The position numbers were made by a program, and so were the translations under genes. Positions 47,340-56,750 of a stretch of 64,000 nt of DNA are shown here, one piece after another (the stretch's first letter is position 1; each line of letters starts with the position of its first letter). This DNA comes from an uncultured Peptostreptococcaceae bacterium (GTDB taxonomy: Bacteria > Bacillota > Clostridia > Peptostreptococcales > Acidaminobacteraceae), in assembly GCA_964424355.1 (NCBI GenBank), contig CAYRIO010000014.1, positions 2,890 to 66,889 on the forward strand, in the 5' to 3' direction. The notes under the pieces were generated by a model. It was not told the DNA's origin, ran no database searches, and saw only the letters and a list, made by a program, of their open reading frames with translations.

Positions 47340-48749
47340 TTACTTTCCCTCCAACGAACGGAGTTCCTTCACCACGCTCTGAATCAAGTCTACAGCCTCT
47401 TCCAGCTTGGCAATGATTTCTTCGCCGCTTTCGATGGGGTCCTGCAGGTCTTCATAATCCAGAATGCTATCATCCCGAATAAGCCCCAGGTCTAGGCTGT
47501 TGTTCTTGGCCGCTATCTGCTCACGGGTATAGCAATTAAACCGCTCATCCTTCACTTGGGTCCGGTCTTCAGCAGTATAGGCTTTGATAAAGTCTTCAAA
47601 ATGCTCTTCCTTCAAGGTGTTGGTCTTGCCAAAGTTCTGCATATTGGTGCGAAGATCGAAGAACCATACATCCTTGGTATTGCCCTTTTCTGCCTTGCCA
47701 CGGGTAAAGAAAAGCACATTGGTCTTAACCCCTTGAGCATAGAAAATACCAGTGGGCAGACGCAGGATGGTGTGTAGATTGCATTTATCCATCAAGTCAG
47801 CTCGAATAGACGCGCCATCCCCATCGGCAAACAGCACATTGTCCGGTAAAATCACTGCCGCTCTGCCGTTAGTGTCTAGGCTTCGGTAGATGTGCTGTAG
47901 AAAATTCAGCTGTTTGTTTGAGGATGGATAGACCAAGTCTTTTCGTGTAGCACGCTCTCCACCTTTCTTGGTTCCAAAAGGCGGATTAGTAAGCACCACA
48001 TCAAAGTACTTCATCGTCTCACCCTGACTAGACAGGGTATCGGCCAGCAGGATCTTTCCGTCAATATCATGAAGCATAGCATTCATCAAAGCCAAACGGT
48101 GGGTTTCGTGAACCAGCTCACAGCCGGTGAAAGCCTTGTTAATTTGGAAGTTTTGCTGATCCACTGATAGCACTTCCAAGTTACTCGTTTGGTCTTTAAT
48201 ATGTCGGTCTGCCGCTATCATAAAACCAAATGTGCCACAGGCTGGATCGTTGCACCGCTCACCGGGTTTGGGATCAATCAGCTTTGTCATAATATTGATC
48301 AGCACACGGGGCGTAAAATACTGCCCCGCACCGGATTTCTTCTCATTAGCATTTTTCTCAAGCAAGCCTTCGTACAGGTTGCCAAGCCCTTCTTCCCGTG
48401 CAGAATACCAGTCCAAGGCATCAATAGAGGTAATGATTTTTTCTAAGTTCTTAGGCTCTTCAATATTGGAACGGGAGCCTGCATAGATTTCACGAATGCG
48501 GCCCGTACATTCTTCACCTAGGTGGGTAAGGAGTTTAAGATAGTACTTTTTCAGTTCAATACCGGATTTGCCCACCAGCTCATCCCATCGGTAGGCTTCA
48601 GGAATGGCGCTTTCCGTAGCGGTTTCTTTAGCCATTTTCAAAAATAGAATATATGTTAGCTCGGTAACATACTGATGATAGGTAATGCCATCATCACGAA
48701 GCACATTACACAGGTTCCAAAGCTTTGCTACGATCTCTTGATTATTCAT
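47340..48749 (-). CDS. hsdM: type I R-M N6-adenine DNA methyltransferase subunit
   Basis: An N-terminal HsdM_N-like segment (LWNLCNVLRDDG) is present, with DPACGTFGF (motif I) and VLTNPPFG (motif IV). Confidence 0.9.
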   Translation of the reverse strand: MNNQEIVAKLWNLCNVLRDDGITYHQYVTELTYILFLKMAKETATESAIPEAYRWDELVGKSGIELKKYYLKLLTHLGEECTGRIREIYAGSRSNIEEPKNLEKIITSIDALDWYSAREEGLGNLYEGLLEKNANEKKSGAGQYFTPRVLINIMTKLIDPKPGERCNDPACGTFGFMIAADRHIKDQTSNLEVLSVDQQNFQINKAFTGCELVHETHRLALMNAMLHDIDGKILLADTLSSQGETMKYFDVVLTNPPFGTKKGGERATRKDLVYPSSNKQLNFLQHIYRSLDTNGRAAVILPDNVLFADGDGASIRADLMDKCNLHTILRLPTGIFYAQGVKTNVLFFTRGKAEKGNTKDVWFFDLRTNMQNFGKTNTLKEEHFEDFIKAYTAEDRTQVKDERFNCYTREQIAAKNNSLDLGLIRDDSILDYEDLQDPIESGEEIIAKLEEAVDLIQSVVKELRSLEGK

Positions 48750-51700
48750 GATGCCACATTGCCTCCGTCGTCATATAGATAGTCGTTCAGCTCGTCCAAT
48801 ACTTCATCCAGTTTTTCATCAAAGATTTTGTTCACGCGACCAAAGCCACCCTGCTTTTTGAAAGCTCCTGTATCGAAAGATTCCTTAGTGATGACCGATT
48901 CGTTCATCAGGTATTTTTCCATGCGCTCAATCCAGCCCATTTCCATCCTGCTGAATTTGTGATTCTTTTTCAGCCGTTCAACTGCCCGTTTGATTCGCTC
49001 TTCATGGTTAAGAAGCGCCGAACCTAGGGCTTGCTGGCGAATGAGGCTGATGATATCTGCTGCAATATCCTCATTCTTGAGTTCTTTAAGAGCAGTATTG
49101 AGCTGCTGTTCTGTAAATTGGTGTCGGTCTAATTCAAGCTTCAAGCTTTTAAGACTCTCACGGGTCAGCTCTTTCGGTCGTGTACACACCACATTCAGGG
49201 CAGCAATTTGGTTCATGTTTTCTGTAATAAATACTCTGAATTCCTCCAGATAGTCTCCTGGCTTTTTCCCATTATAGTCTCGCGTATGACTACGAAGCTC
49301 ATCCTGTTTTTGTGAAATGACAACGGGTTTCCGGAAACCTGTACCCCCTTCATTCAACAGTTCGAACAGTTTCTTGTGTTTCAGAATATGGGCTTTGGCC
49401 AGTTCTGCAGGCATGGATTTAATCAGTTCAATAAATCCTGTGGGGCTTAATCCACCGGAAAGATCCACAAAATGCTCCATGGTTTTTTCTGAAATGTCTC
49501 TTTTTTTCCGTTGTAGTTTAGCTAAGATCATATCGATCTGGCTTTCTACCTGACGCTCTGTATGTAATACCTCCAAGCCGCCTAGCAAATCATCAAACGT
49601 TGTTGTTGCATTGGCTACAACCGGTTTCATGGTGCTCACCGGCTGCAGAGATTCGTAGACCCCTACAGGATCATAGATTTCGAAATGGGTTTTTCGGATG
49701 GCAGGGCAAAGCCTTGTGGCGCGACCGACCATCTGTTCAAACAAAATCCGTGATTTAACCCGCCGCATAAACACAAGGGTGCTAATTTCAGGCACATCAA
49801 TTCCCGTTGTCAGCAAATCCACCGTAACCACAACGTTGGGGTATTTTTCATTCTTAAATTTTTTAATGGCTTCCATGATCTTCTTCTTATTTCCACCCGC
49901 CACACTGCCGGTAATTTTCATAATGGCTTCGTGATCTACACCCCGGGGCTCATAAATCTCTTTTAGAATTTTAACAATCATATCTGCATGAGCATCATCC
50001 ACGGCAAAGATTAAGGTTTTCCCTTCTCCATCCGGATCTAACTCAATTGCGATTTCTTCCAAATTCACACGGTTAAAAGACTCCGTTATCACCCTACGAT
50101 TAAACGTGTCCACATCAAAACGAATCTCATCTTCAATTTCATCACTATTAGTTATTTCTCCAGTGACCGGATCATAAATTACAACGGTTTCACCTTTTTG
50201 AAACACAATACCATCTTCACTCAACTTGGTTGTAAGGGTGTGAGGCGCATCGTGGTCCACTAAGTAGCCTTCTATAACCGCTTCACGATAGGTGTAGTTG
50301 AAGACGGGTTTTCCGAAAATTTCAGTCGTATGTAAAGCAGGGGTTGCAGTTAAGGCGACTTTTACAGCATCAAAGTAATCCATTACCGAACGGTACTTGC
50401 TAACGTAGTCATCCTGATTCCGGTACAGAATTTCATCCTCATCCATTTCTTTATCCAGAATATAGCCTCGGTGAGCTTCATCCACCACAATCAGGTCATA
50501 ATCGGATATGGCTGGAATTATATTCCCTTCATTGAACATAATCCGCTTCACCATACTCTGGACTGTGGCGATCTGGATCTTAGTTTCTTTCTCAGGTATG
50601 CTCTCCCCAAGGTTTTTAATATCGTAGATCTCATCCAAGGTCATAAGTTCTTCGATTTTCACCTCTTTAAACACGTCTTGAGCCTGTTCACCAAGGGCAG
50701 AACGATCTACCATGAACAAGATTCGTCTAAACCGATCGGTTTTCAGGAAGCGATAGATCATCCCCAACACCGTACGCGTTTTTCCGGTTCCGGTAGCCAT
50801 AGACAGAAGAACAGTATCCCTGCCGTTAATAACGGCATTTTCAGCGGCTTTAATAGCTTGTACCTGATAATCCCGCAGGTTAAGACCGTCTGGATCAGTT
50901 AAAAGGTCGTATTCATAGTTCTGAAGCTTGTGGTTGGCTGCTTCGATATCCTTTTCCAGCAATTCGCTGATTCCAGAAGGGCTCATCCACCCCTGCTGAA
51001 CCTTTGGAATGTTATAAGGCTTACGAACATCCAAACACCAGATGCCGGACTTGGTTTCTAGCTGTTTCAGATACTTTCGCCCGTTAGTTGCAAAGAGCAA
51101 AGGTACTTTATAACCGTCCCACTGGCCGACCATATACTCCTCATCTTCGTCTTTTATTCCTTTTGCATAATCTTTGCACTGGTAATCAATCACAGAGGGA
51201 ATATCAGCAGCCATTCGTTTGGCTTCGATGATGCCCACCAGTTTCAAGTCTACGAAAAGAGCATAATCTGCATATCCGTGGTCCCCAACGGTGGAATTGG
51301 TGGGCCATTCTGCAATAGCCAAGTTCCTGCCTTTCTCCGGCCGGGTTCCTTTAGAGTAGCGAAAATTCACCGTATCGACTTCCCAGCCCACAAGTCGTAA
51401 CTGTGCATCAATCAGATAGCGGGTTTCCTGTTCCGACAGTTCCATCATCTTGAGGGCAGATGAAGCCCGTTCAACGCGCTCAGATTTTGACACAACTTTT
51501 AAAGGCTTTTGGTTCTTTAGCTGCTCATTCAGTTGCTCAATAAGAGCTTCTTTATCTTTAAGGAGTGATTCATAGTCCACATCATTCCGCTGATCTTGAG
51601 GACTCACGAAAGTTTCCGCTTGGTACTGCCAATCTCCATAGGTCTGCATAAACCAAATAGCCAAGGTGTGTGCCATTTCGAGACGGATTTTACACTCTTC

Positions 51701-52009
51701 AAAATCATCATAATTGTCGTGTACGGCTTTATTTCGGGTCATACGGAGGGCATATAGGATATCGTCAATGCTCTTTGAAAGCAGGCCTTCTTTTTTCAGG
51801 ATCTTAATCCGGCTGGCGTGGGTGTCGTTAGAGTCCGGCCGTGGAATGTCATCCAGTTGAAGCATCAAATTAACAATGGTCTCACCGAATAGTCCCAACT
51901 TGATCAGGCAGGAGTTGGTGTCTGAATATAGATATTTTTCCGCAGTACTCCCAAGATTCATCAGTACAGGAAAAGTGGCATCTAAGAAACTGAAATTCGA
52001 TCCCATCAT
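48746..52009 (-). CDS. hsdR: type I restriction endonuclease R subunit with an N-terminal DUF4145-like extension
   Basis: Walker A is MATGTGKT and the DEAH box is VVDEAHRG. Helicase motif VI, QMVGRATR, is present. The gene overlaps hsdM by 4 nt. Confidence 0.9.
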   Translation of the reverse strand: MMGSNFSFLDATFPVLMNLGSTAEKYLYSDTNSCLIKLGLFGETIVNLMLQLDDIPRPDSNDTHASRIKILKKEGLLSKSIDDILYALRMTRNKAVHDNYDDFEECKIRLEMAHTLAIWFMQTYGDWQYQAETFVSPQDQRNDVDYESLLKDKEALIEQLNEQLKNQKPLKVVSKSERVERASSALKMMELSEQETRYLIDAQLRLVGWEVDTVNFRYSKGTRPEKGRNLAIAEWPTNSTVGDHGYADYALFVDLKLVGIIEAKRMAADIPSVIDYQCKDYAKGIKDEDEEYMVGQWDGYKVPLLFATNGRKYLKQLETKSGIWCLDVRKPYNIPKVQQGWMSPSGISELLEKDIEAANHKLQNYEYDLLTDPDGLNLRDYQVQAIKAAENAVINGRDTVLLSMATGTGKTRTVLGMIYRFLKTDRFRRILFMVDRSALGEQAQDVFKEVKIEELMTLDEIYDIKNLGESIPEKETKIQIATVQSMVKRIMFNEGNIIPAISDYDLIVVDEAHRGYILDKEMDEDEILYRNQDDYVSKYRSVMDYFDAVKVALTATPALHTTEIFGKPVFNYTYREAVIEGYLVDHDAPHTLTTKLSEDGIVFQKGETVVIYDPVTGEITNSDEIEDEIRFDVDTFNRRVITESFNRVNLEEIAIELDPDGEGKTLIFAVDDAHADMIVKILKEIYEPRGVDHEAIMKITGSVAGGNKKKIMEAIKKFKNEKYPNVVVTVDLLTTGIDVPEISTLVFMRRVKSRILFEQMVGRATRLCPAIRKTHFEIYDPVGVYESLQPVSTMKPVVANATTTFDDLLGGLEVLHTERQVESQIDMILAKLQRKKRDISEKTMEHFVDLSGGLSPTGFIELIKSMPAELAKAHILKHKKLFELLNEGGTGFRKPVVISQKQDELRSHTRDYNGKKPGDYLEEFRVFITENMNQIAALNVVCTRPKELTRESLKSLKLELDRHQFTEQQLNTALKELKNEDIAADIISLIRQQALGSALLNHEERIKRAVERLKKNHKFSRMEMGWIERMEKYLMNESVITKESFDTGAFKKQGGFGRVNKIFDEKLDEVLDELNDYLYDDGGNVAS

Positions 52010-52221
52010 TCGCTCTCCTTTTCCCTAACGATATCCACAATTTCCCCGATATTGCAGCTCAGCACCTTACAAATTCGAACCAGCACTTCCATGCTGACAT
52101 ATTGATCTTTTCCCAGCTTGGCCATAGTGGAAGTCCCCATTTCAGCTTCTTGCATTAATTCGGTACGATTCATTTTTTTATCAATGAGTAGTTTCCAAAG
52201 CTTATTGTAGCTAACCGCCAT
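52006..52221 (-). CDS. small XRE/Cro-type HTH protein translationally coupled to hsdR
   Basis: It is 71 aa. MNRTELMQEAEMGTSTMAKLGKDQYVSMEVLVRICKVLSCNIGEI is an HTH_26/Cro-like pattern. The stop overlaps the hsdR start (ATGA). Confidence 0.75.
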   Translation of the reverse strand: MAVSYNKLWKLLIDKKMNRTELMQEAEMGTSTMAKLGKDQYVSMEVLVRICKVLSCNIGEIVDIVREKESE

Positions 52222-52612
52222 TCAAACGCACCTCGCTTTTAGCTTCTTAATATTTACCAGATTATCACTATGTGCAGAATTTAACAAATATTATTTCGTA
52301 GTGCTCATATTTTCTTTGCATTCCTGTAGTTTTCCTGTTGACACACACGAAGGGAAATAGAGTTTGTACCGCAAACAGCCACTTTGTTAAGCAAAACGCG
52401 GTTTTTGTAAATGAGATGCCACTTTTGTAACCGAAATGCAGTCTATGCTTATGCAATGGACCAACGCATGCAAACGTAGCAGTACGTTGACATCATGATA
52501 CGATAGTATTAAGCATTTAAAGTACTATTGAATCAATATCCTTCGCAATCATTTGCAAATTCCGACCATAAAATTTATAATGTTCATATTCCAAATTGTA
52601 GCAATACCGTAC

Positions 52613-52641
52613 TTGACTTGGCTACCCCAAAAGCCTATACT
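52613..52641 (+). promoter_or_regulatory. sigma-A type promoter of the higB-like operon
   Basis: TTGACT (52613-52618) and TATACT (52636-52641) are separated by a 17-nt spacer. Confidence 0.55.
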
Positions 52642-52650
52642 GATTGTACA

Positions 52651-52679
52651 GTTTTGTTTACCCATTAGGTAAATAAAAC
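52651..52679. promoter_or_regulatory. candidate antitoxin operator
   Basis: GTTTTGTTTACC-cattа-like 5-nt spacer-GGTAAATAAAAC forms an inverted repeat with 11 of 12 positions matching. It lies between the -10 element and the RBS. Confidence 0.5.
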
Positions 52680-52697
52680 TTATTCCGAGGTGATTGT

Positions 52698-53015
52698 TTG
52701 AAACTAGAATACAAGAACAAGACACTTGAAAAAGAATGCACCGACTTTTCCAAAGCTAAACGTTCCTATGGAGACAAGTGCGCCGAGCGTCTTCATCTGA
52801 GAGTGAAGCAGTTGACAGCCGCAGACTCATTAGACGAAATGGTTGCCCATCGAATCGGGCGATGCCATCCGTTAAAAGGCGACCTGATCGGAAAATATGC
52901 TCTGGATCTTGAGCATCCTTATCGGCTGATCGTTGAACCAACGACAGATTCAAACAACACCAGTGGAATAAAAATAGTCCGGCTATTGGAGGTGGATGAT
53001 TATCATGGAAATTAA
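52698..53015 (+). CDS. higB: HigB-type (plasmid maintenance killer, RelE superfamily) toxin
   Basis: The TTG start follows GAGGTGA. HPLKGDLIGKYALDLEHPYRLIV...VDDYH matches the HigB/killer protein pattern. Confidence 0.75.
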   Translation: MKLEYKNKTLEKECTDFSKAKRSYGDKCAERLHLRVKQLTAADSLDEMVAHRIGRCHPLKGDLIGKYALDLEHPYRLIVEPTTDSNNTSGIKIVRLLEVDDYHGN

Positions 53016-54081
53016 AAACAGTATTATTGCCATCCCTCCTGGCGAGAGCATTAAAGAACAGCTGGAAGACCGTAATATGAGCCAAGTGGAATTTGCTGAA
53101 AGGATGGGCTCCAGCACGAAGTTCATTAGTCAGCTGCTGAACGGCAAAGTTCCTCTTACCCATCAGACTGCTCTAAAATTGGAGAGCGTACTCGGTGTAC
53201 CCGCGCGCTTCTGGAACAACCTCGAAGCTCTTTACCAAGAAGATCTGGCCAGAATTGATCAGGAAACTGAGCTTGAATCCGAGATTTCGGTAGCCACTTG
53301 CTTCCCGTTCAACGATATGGTTAAAAAAGGCTGGGTCGCTGCAAAAAAAGCTCCTCATGAGCGTGTCGAGGAGCTAAGGCGTTTTTTTGAGGTTGCTTCA
53401 CTGAGTCAAGTCAATCATATTAGCAAGCTTGCTCCCGTTTTTAGAAAACTGGATAACGGGAAGGCATCTGATTTCGCTTTATCTGCATGGCTTCAGAAGG
53501 GTTACTTAGAAGCGCGTGAAATCAACACAAAACCCTTCAACAAGCTAAGATTAAAAACCAGCATCCCTAAAATACGATCATTGATCAGCGAAAATCCAGA
53601 AGTCTTTCAGCCAAAACTTATTGAGATATTGTCTGATTGCGGCGTTGCGCTGGTTTTCCTGCCTCATTTGCAAAACACATTTGCTCACGGAGCTACTACA
53701 TGGGAGAACAAGACCAAAGCCATCATCGCCCTTTCATTGCGCGGAAAGGATGCCGACAAATTCTGGTTCAGTCTGTTCCACGAATTAGGGCATTTGATTC
53801 TCCATGAAAAGGATAATACTTTCATTCAGTACGATGATCCTGCATCCGTAGACATCAGAGAAACAGAAGCAGATGCATTCGCTTCCGACACTTTAATTCC
53901 CCCGGAACCCTATACAACATTCATCCAATATGGGTTGTTTTCAGAACAGGCCGTACTGAAGTTTGCAGCGGCAATATCCACCCAGCCCGGCATTGTGGTT
54001 GGGCGACTTCAACACGATCACGAGATCGGATTCAATCAACTAAATCACATGAAGATCAAATACGAATGGGTTATACACTAA
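53005..54081 (+). CDS. HigA-type XRE HTH antitoxin fused to an ImmA/IrrE (COG2856) zinc metallopeptidase domain
   Basis: The N-terminal part, PPGESIKEQLEDRNMSQVEFAERMGSSTKFISQLLNGKVPLT, is HigA-like. The C-terminal FHELGHLILHE is an HEXXH motif. An alternative ATG lies at 52996. Confidence 0.75.
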   Translation: MEIKNSIIAIPPGESIKEQLEDRNMSQVEFAERMGSSTKFISQLLNGKVPLTHQTALKLESVLGVPARFWNNLEALYQEDLARIDQETELESEISVATCFPFNDMVKKGWVAAKKAPHERVEELRRFFEVASLSQVNHISKLAPVFRKLDNGKASDFALSAWLQKGYLEAREINTKPFNKLRLKTSIPKIRSLISENPEVFQPKLIEILSDCGVALVFLPHLQNTFAHGATTWENKTKAIIALSLRGKDADKFWFSLFHELGHLILHEKDNTFIQYDDPASVDIRETEADAFASDTLIPPEPYTTFIQYGLFSEQAVLKFAAAISTQPGIVVGRLQHDHEIGFNQLNHMKIKYEWVIH

Positions 54082-54205
54082 CACTTTGACAGCATGACAC
54101 TTTACCATTATGCATTCATAGTGCTAAGCATTCTAGAATTGCGCCATAGTGAATTCAGATTCAAAGCGGTTTGCTAATCCATCCGTAATGAGAGCTTTAA
54201 AAGCA

Positions 54206-54236
54206 AAAGCGAGCGGCCTAAGCCCCTCGCTTTTTT
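54206..54236 (+). terminator. rho-independent terminator
   Basis: The stem GCGAGCGG / CCCCTCGC is followed by TTTTTT. Confidence 0.65.
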
Positions 54237-54240
54237 ACGT

Positions 54241-54263
54241 AAACAGCCCTGAAAATGACAGGG
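54241..54263. repeat. hairpin-containing repeat copy 1 (AAACAGCCCTG..AAATGACAGGG)
   Basis: It is nearly identical to 55146-55173. The two copies bracket the membrane-protein gene at 54264-55115. Confidence 0.6.
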
Positions 54264-55115
54264 TTATTGCGGCTTTATATTTATCTTCATAACAGTATTT
54301 TTATAAATTAGTACATGTTCCTTTTTTTCTTCATCGAAGCACAAGAAGTATTCATTACTAGAGTTTACAAATGTAAGGCCTTTCAACGGCAGTGATCCAG
54401 CTATTTCAAAAGAATATGAGTACTTCTTCTCAAATCGCTTTTTTATAATAAACCAAGGCGCAGAGACTATCATTCTCCACAAACCATAAATGCAAAAGAG
54501 TAATGTGAAAAATCCACCCATTGCAACGATTGCCTTGGTAATTTCTTCCTTTTGCGAAGGCCTTTTTTCCCCAACTGCCTTTTGGTCTCTATCTGGTTCT
54601 TTTACCGGCTCATTTTCAATTTCTTTCATCGTACTAATTACCACGCCTGCCATTGTGTGATCAGATATTTTGTCTTTCCCGACAATTTCATTGAATGCAG
54701 CATAAATATGTACATAAATAGCGATCAGCACTACGGAGTATATAATAACTTGAAGTACTGATATCCAAAAGTTTTTAGAATCATACCACAACAAGAACCG
54801 CGAAACCGGCCTCCTTAAATTTCCCATGATAACAATTACTGTTTCAATTGTTTGTGTTGAAAAAAATACAACTACGCCAATCATGTAAATTATATAGTAT
54901 ATAGCTTTGTGTCCCGGCTCCAAAATCGGAATGCAAAAAAATGTAACGAATAAAACAACTGTCCCCCCTAAAACTTCATATAAAATCTTTCTCAAAAGCT
55001 TTTCAGACTGCGAATCAAATGTTTTTTCAACATTATGTTTCTGTGCATTCAAAAATATTTTCCAGAAGAAAACAATTAAAGCTGCCAAAACAGCTAAAAA
55101 CTCGTTCATATTCAC
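54264..55115 (-). CDS. hypothetical polytopic membrane protein
   Basis: It is 283 aa with several hydrophobic helices and a charged central linker. No family was recognised. Confidence 0.55.
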   Translation of the reverse strand: MNMNEFLAVLAALIVFFWKIFLNAQKHNVEKTFDSQSEKLLRKILYEVLGGTVVLFVTFFCIPILEPGHKAIYYIIYMIGVVVFFSTQTIETVIVIMGNLRRPVSRFLLWYDSKNFWISVLQVIIYSVVLIAIYVHIYAAFNEIVGKDKISDHTMAGVVISTMKEIENEPVKEPDRDQKAVGEKRPSQKEEITKAIVAMGGFFTLLFCIYGLWRMIVSAPWFIIKKRFEKKYSYSFEIAGSLPLKGLTFVNSSNEYFLCFDEEKKEHVLIYKNTVMKINIKPQ

Positions 55116-55145
55116 TATTTTCCTTTCATCTACATTTTTTTAAAT

Positions 55146-55173
55146 AAACAGCCCTGTCAAATGACAGGGCTGT
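55146..55173. repeat. hairpin-containing repeat copy 2, with terminator-like structure
   Basis: ACAGCCCTGTCA-aa-TGACAGGGCTGT is a perfect 12-bp palindrome that shares the AAACAGCCCTG...AAATGACAGGG string with 54241-54263. Confidence 0.6.
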
Positions 55174-55409
55174 AGCATTTTCTTATTCACCGTCTACTTG
55201 TAACACGCATAACGGGTAGCGTACACCATTTTAAACGCTGTAAGGTGGTAAGCGCCCACCCTCTTATTAGTCGCATGGGTGATTGCGAGATACTTACGGG
55301 TTCATTTTACATCAACTTGTTCGAAGGTTCAATACAAATATTGTAACTCAAAGCGTGCAGCTGCAGCCAGGATGATCTGAAAAAAATGAGTTACATTGAT
55401 TTCTGCAGC

Positions 55410-55910
55410 TTAATTTTGCTTTTCGAATATTGTATAGTAGTTATCCGCTTCTCCACCAGCTCCAACCTTAGCAGAAACATAGGTAACTGCTGCTTCACTG
55501 CGGTCATCCTTCAGGAATGTCAGCTGAGTAATTCCACCATCTGCTTTGATTTGAATTTGCCGGGCTCTGGTGTTTACGCTGCCAGCGCGAATCATTTCAA
55601 GAATCAATTCATCTTGAGATATCGTATACGTGCCATTGCCCCACGTTTCAGCGTGCGATACGCCCAAATCCGAATCTTTATCACCCTCAGTGGTGTAAGT
55701 GCCATCCTTGTTAAAAGTGATGCTCCAAGTCTTATAAGCCGGCATTTCAGGAATATCTTTGTAGTACCTCCACGTCCCCACAATCAGGCTATCCATCTCA
55801 ATACGGAGCTCAGAAGCTAATCTGTCTGGAGACGCACTTTCTTTTGAGCATCCAAACAGCGTCAACGCTATGATGCAGCTTAAAGCAATGATCATTTCCT
55901 TTTTCATCAA
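55410..55910 (-). CDS. lipoprotein (hypothetical)
   Basis: It has a signal peptide with the lipobox LTLFGC. It is 166 aa. Confidence 0.65.
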   Translation of the reverse strand: MMKKEMIIALSCIIALTLFGCSKESASPDRLASELRIEMDSLIVGTWRYYKDIPEMPAYKTWSITFNKDGTYTTEGDKDSDLGVSHAETWGNGTYTISQDELILEMIRAGSVNTRARQIQIKADGGITQLTFLKDDRSEAAVTYVSAKVGAGGEADNYYTIFEKQN

Positions 55911-55916
55911 GCCCTC

Positions 55917-56747
55917 CTACGCCGCATTGAATATCGACTTCGACAGTTTACCAGTCATAAAAATAGCAATTACAAGCACCATCGTATAACGCAGCACCTC
56001 CCAGAGTACTGCCGTCACATCAACGGGATCAAATTCGGTTGCAATCCCAGCAATCAGCGTTCCGTACATACTGAGAATGATGTAAATCAATACCCCTTGC
56101 ATGCATACGGCGAGAAAGTTCTTTAAAAAATTCTTACCAATCTGGCTGGCTTCGGAGTTCCCAAGGGTAGCCATCGGGAGAGCAGCAACCGCCATCATAA
56201 CATATATCTCAATCATCCTTCCAAAGATGATCACGCTGATCATTGTCGTGGAGAACTTATAAACAAGCCACAGTATCGATATTTGGGATGCCATCATAAG
56301 CTTTACACCAAAGTCCATATTTCCTATGGTTTCTCGCATCACTTCTAGATTTTGAGCTATATTGGGTGCATTTGCTCCAAATACGTTTCCAATGTTCATG
56401 ACGACCTCATTACTCATCTGAAATATTGCTCCAAGAATGAGTGGCGTGCTATCCAAAGCTAGCTTGCATAATGCAAATTTGAACATAATCCTAAACGGAA
56501 TCTCTGTTCCAAGGGTTCCATTAAGCCCATCAGTGCGAACAATGATATTATTCAACTCCAATAGGAAAAACAGGGCTAGAAGCATGTATCCAATTGGCAT
56601 AACCGCATTCGTTGCTATTGTTGTAACCCCGTTGTACAAAACGGCATTAAAGGTTTCAGGAGTCTGCGTTAATATGCTCGTATTTGAACCGAGGCTTTGT
56701 GTTCCAACAATCATACTTCTAACCAATCCAACGATATAGTCTTCCAC
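55917..56747 (-). CDS. polytopic membrane protein, possibly VirB6/TrbL-like
   Basis: It is 276 aa with 5-6 helices and lies in the transfer and replication backbone of the element. The family call is tentative. Confidence 0.45.
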   Translation of the reverse strand: MEDYIVGLVRSMIVGTQSLGSNTSILTQTPETFNAVLYNGVTTIATNAVMPIGYMLLALFFLLELNNIIVRTDGLNGTLGTEIPFRIMFKFALCKLALDSTPLILGAIFQMSNEVVMNIGNVFGANAPNIAQNLEVMRETIGNMDFGVKLMMASQISILWLVYKFSTTMISVIIFGRMIEIYVMMAVAALPMATLGNSEASQIGKNFLKNFLAVCMQGVLIYIILSMYGTLIAGIATEFDPVDVTAVLWEVLRYTMVLVIAIFMTGKLSKSIFNAA

Positions 56748-56750
56748 GCT

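Noticed and set aside
52268-52456. A 62-aa ORF in the 475-bp gap between the HTH gene and higB.
   Set aside because: It has no RBS, and its composition is odd and Cys/Phe-rich. The region is more likely promoter and regulatory DNA for the two divergent operons.
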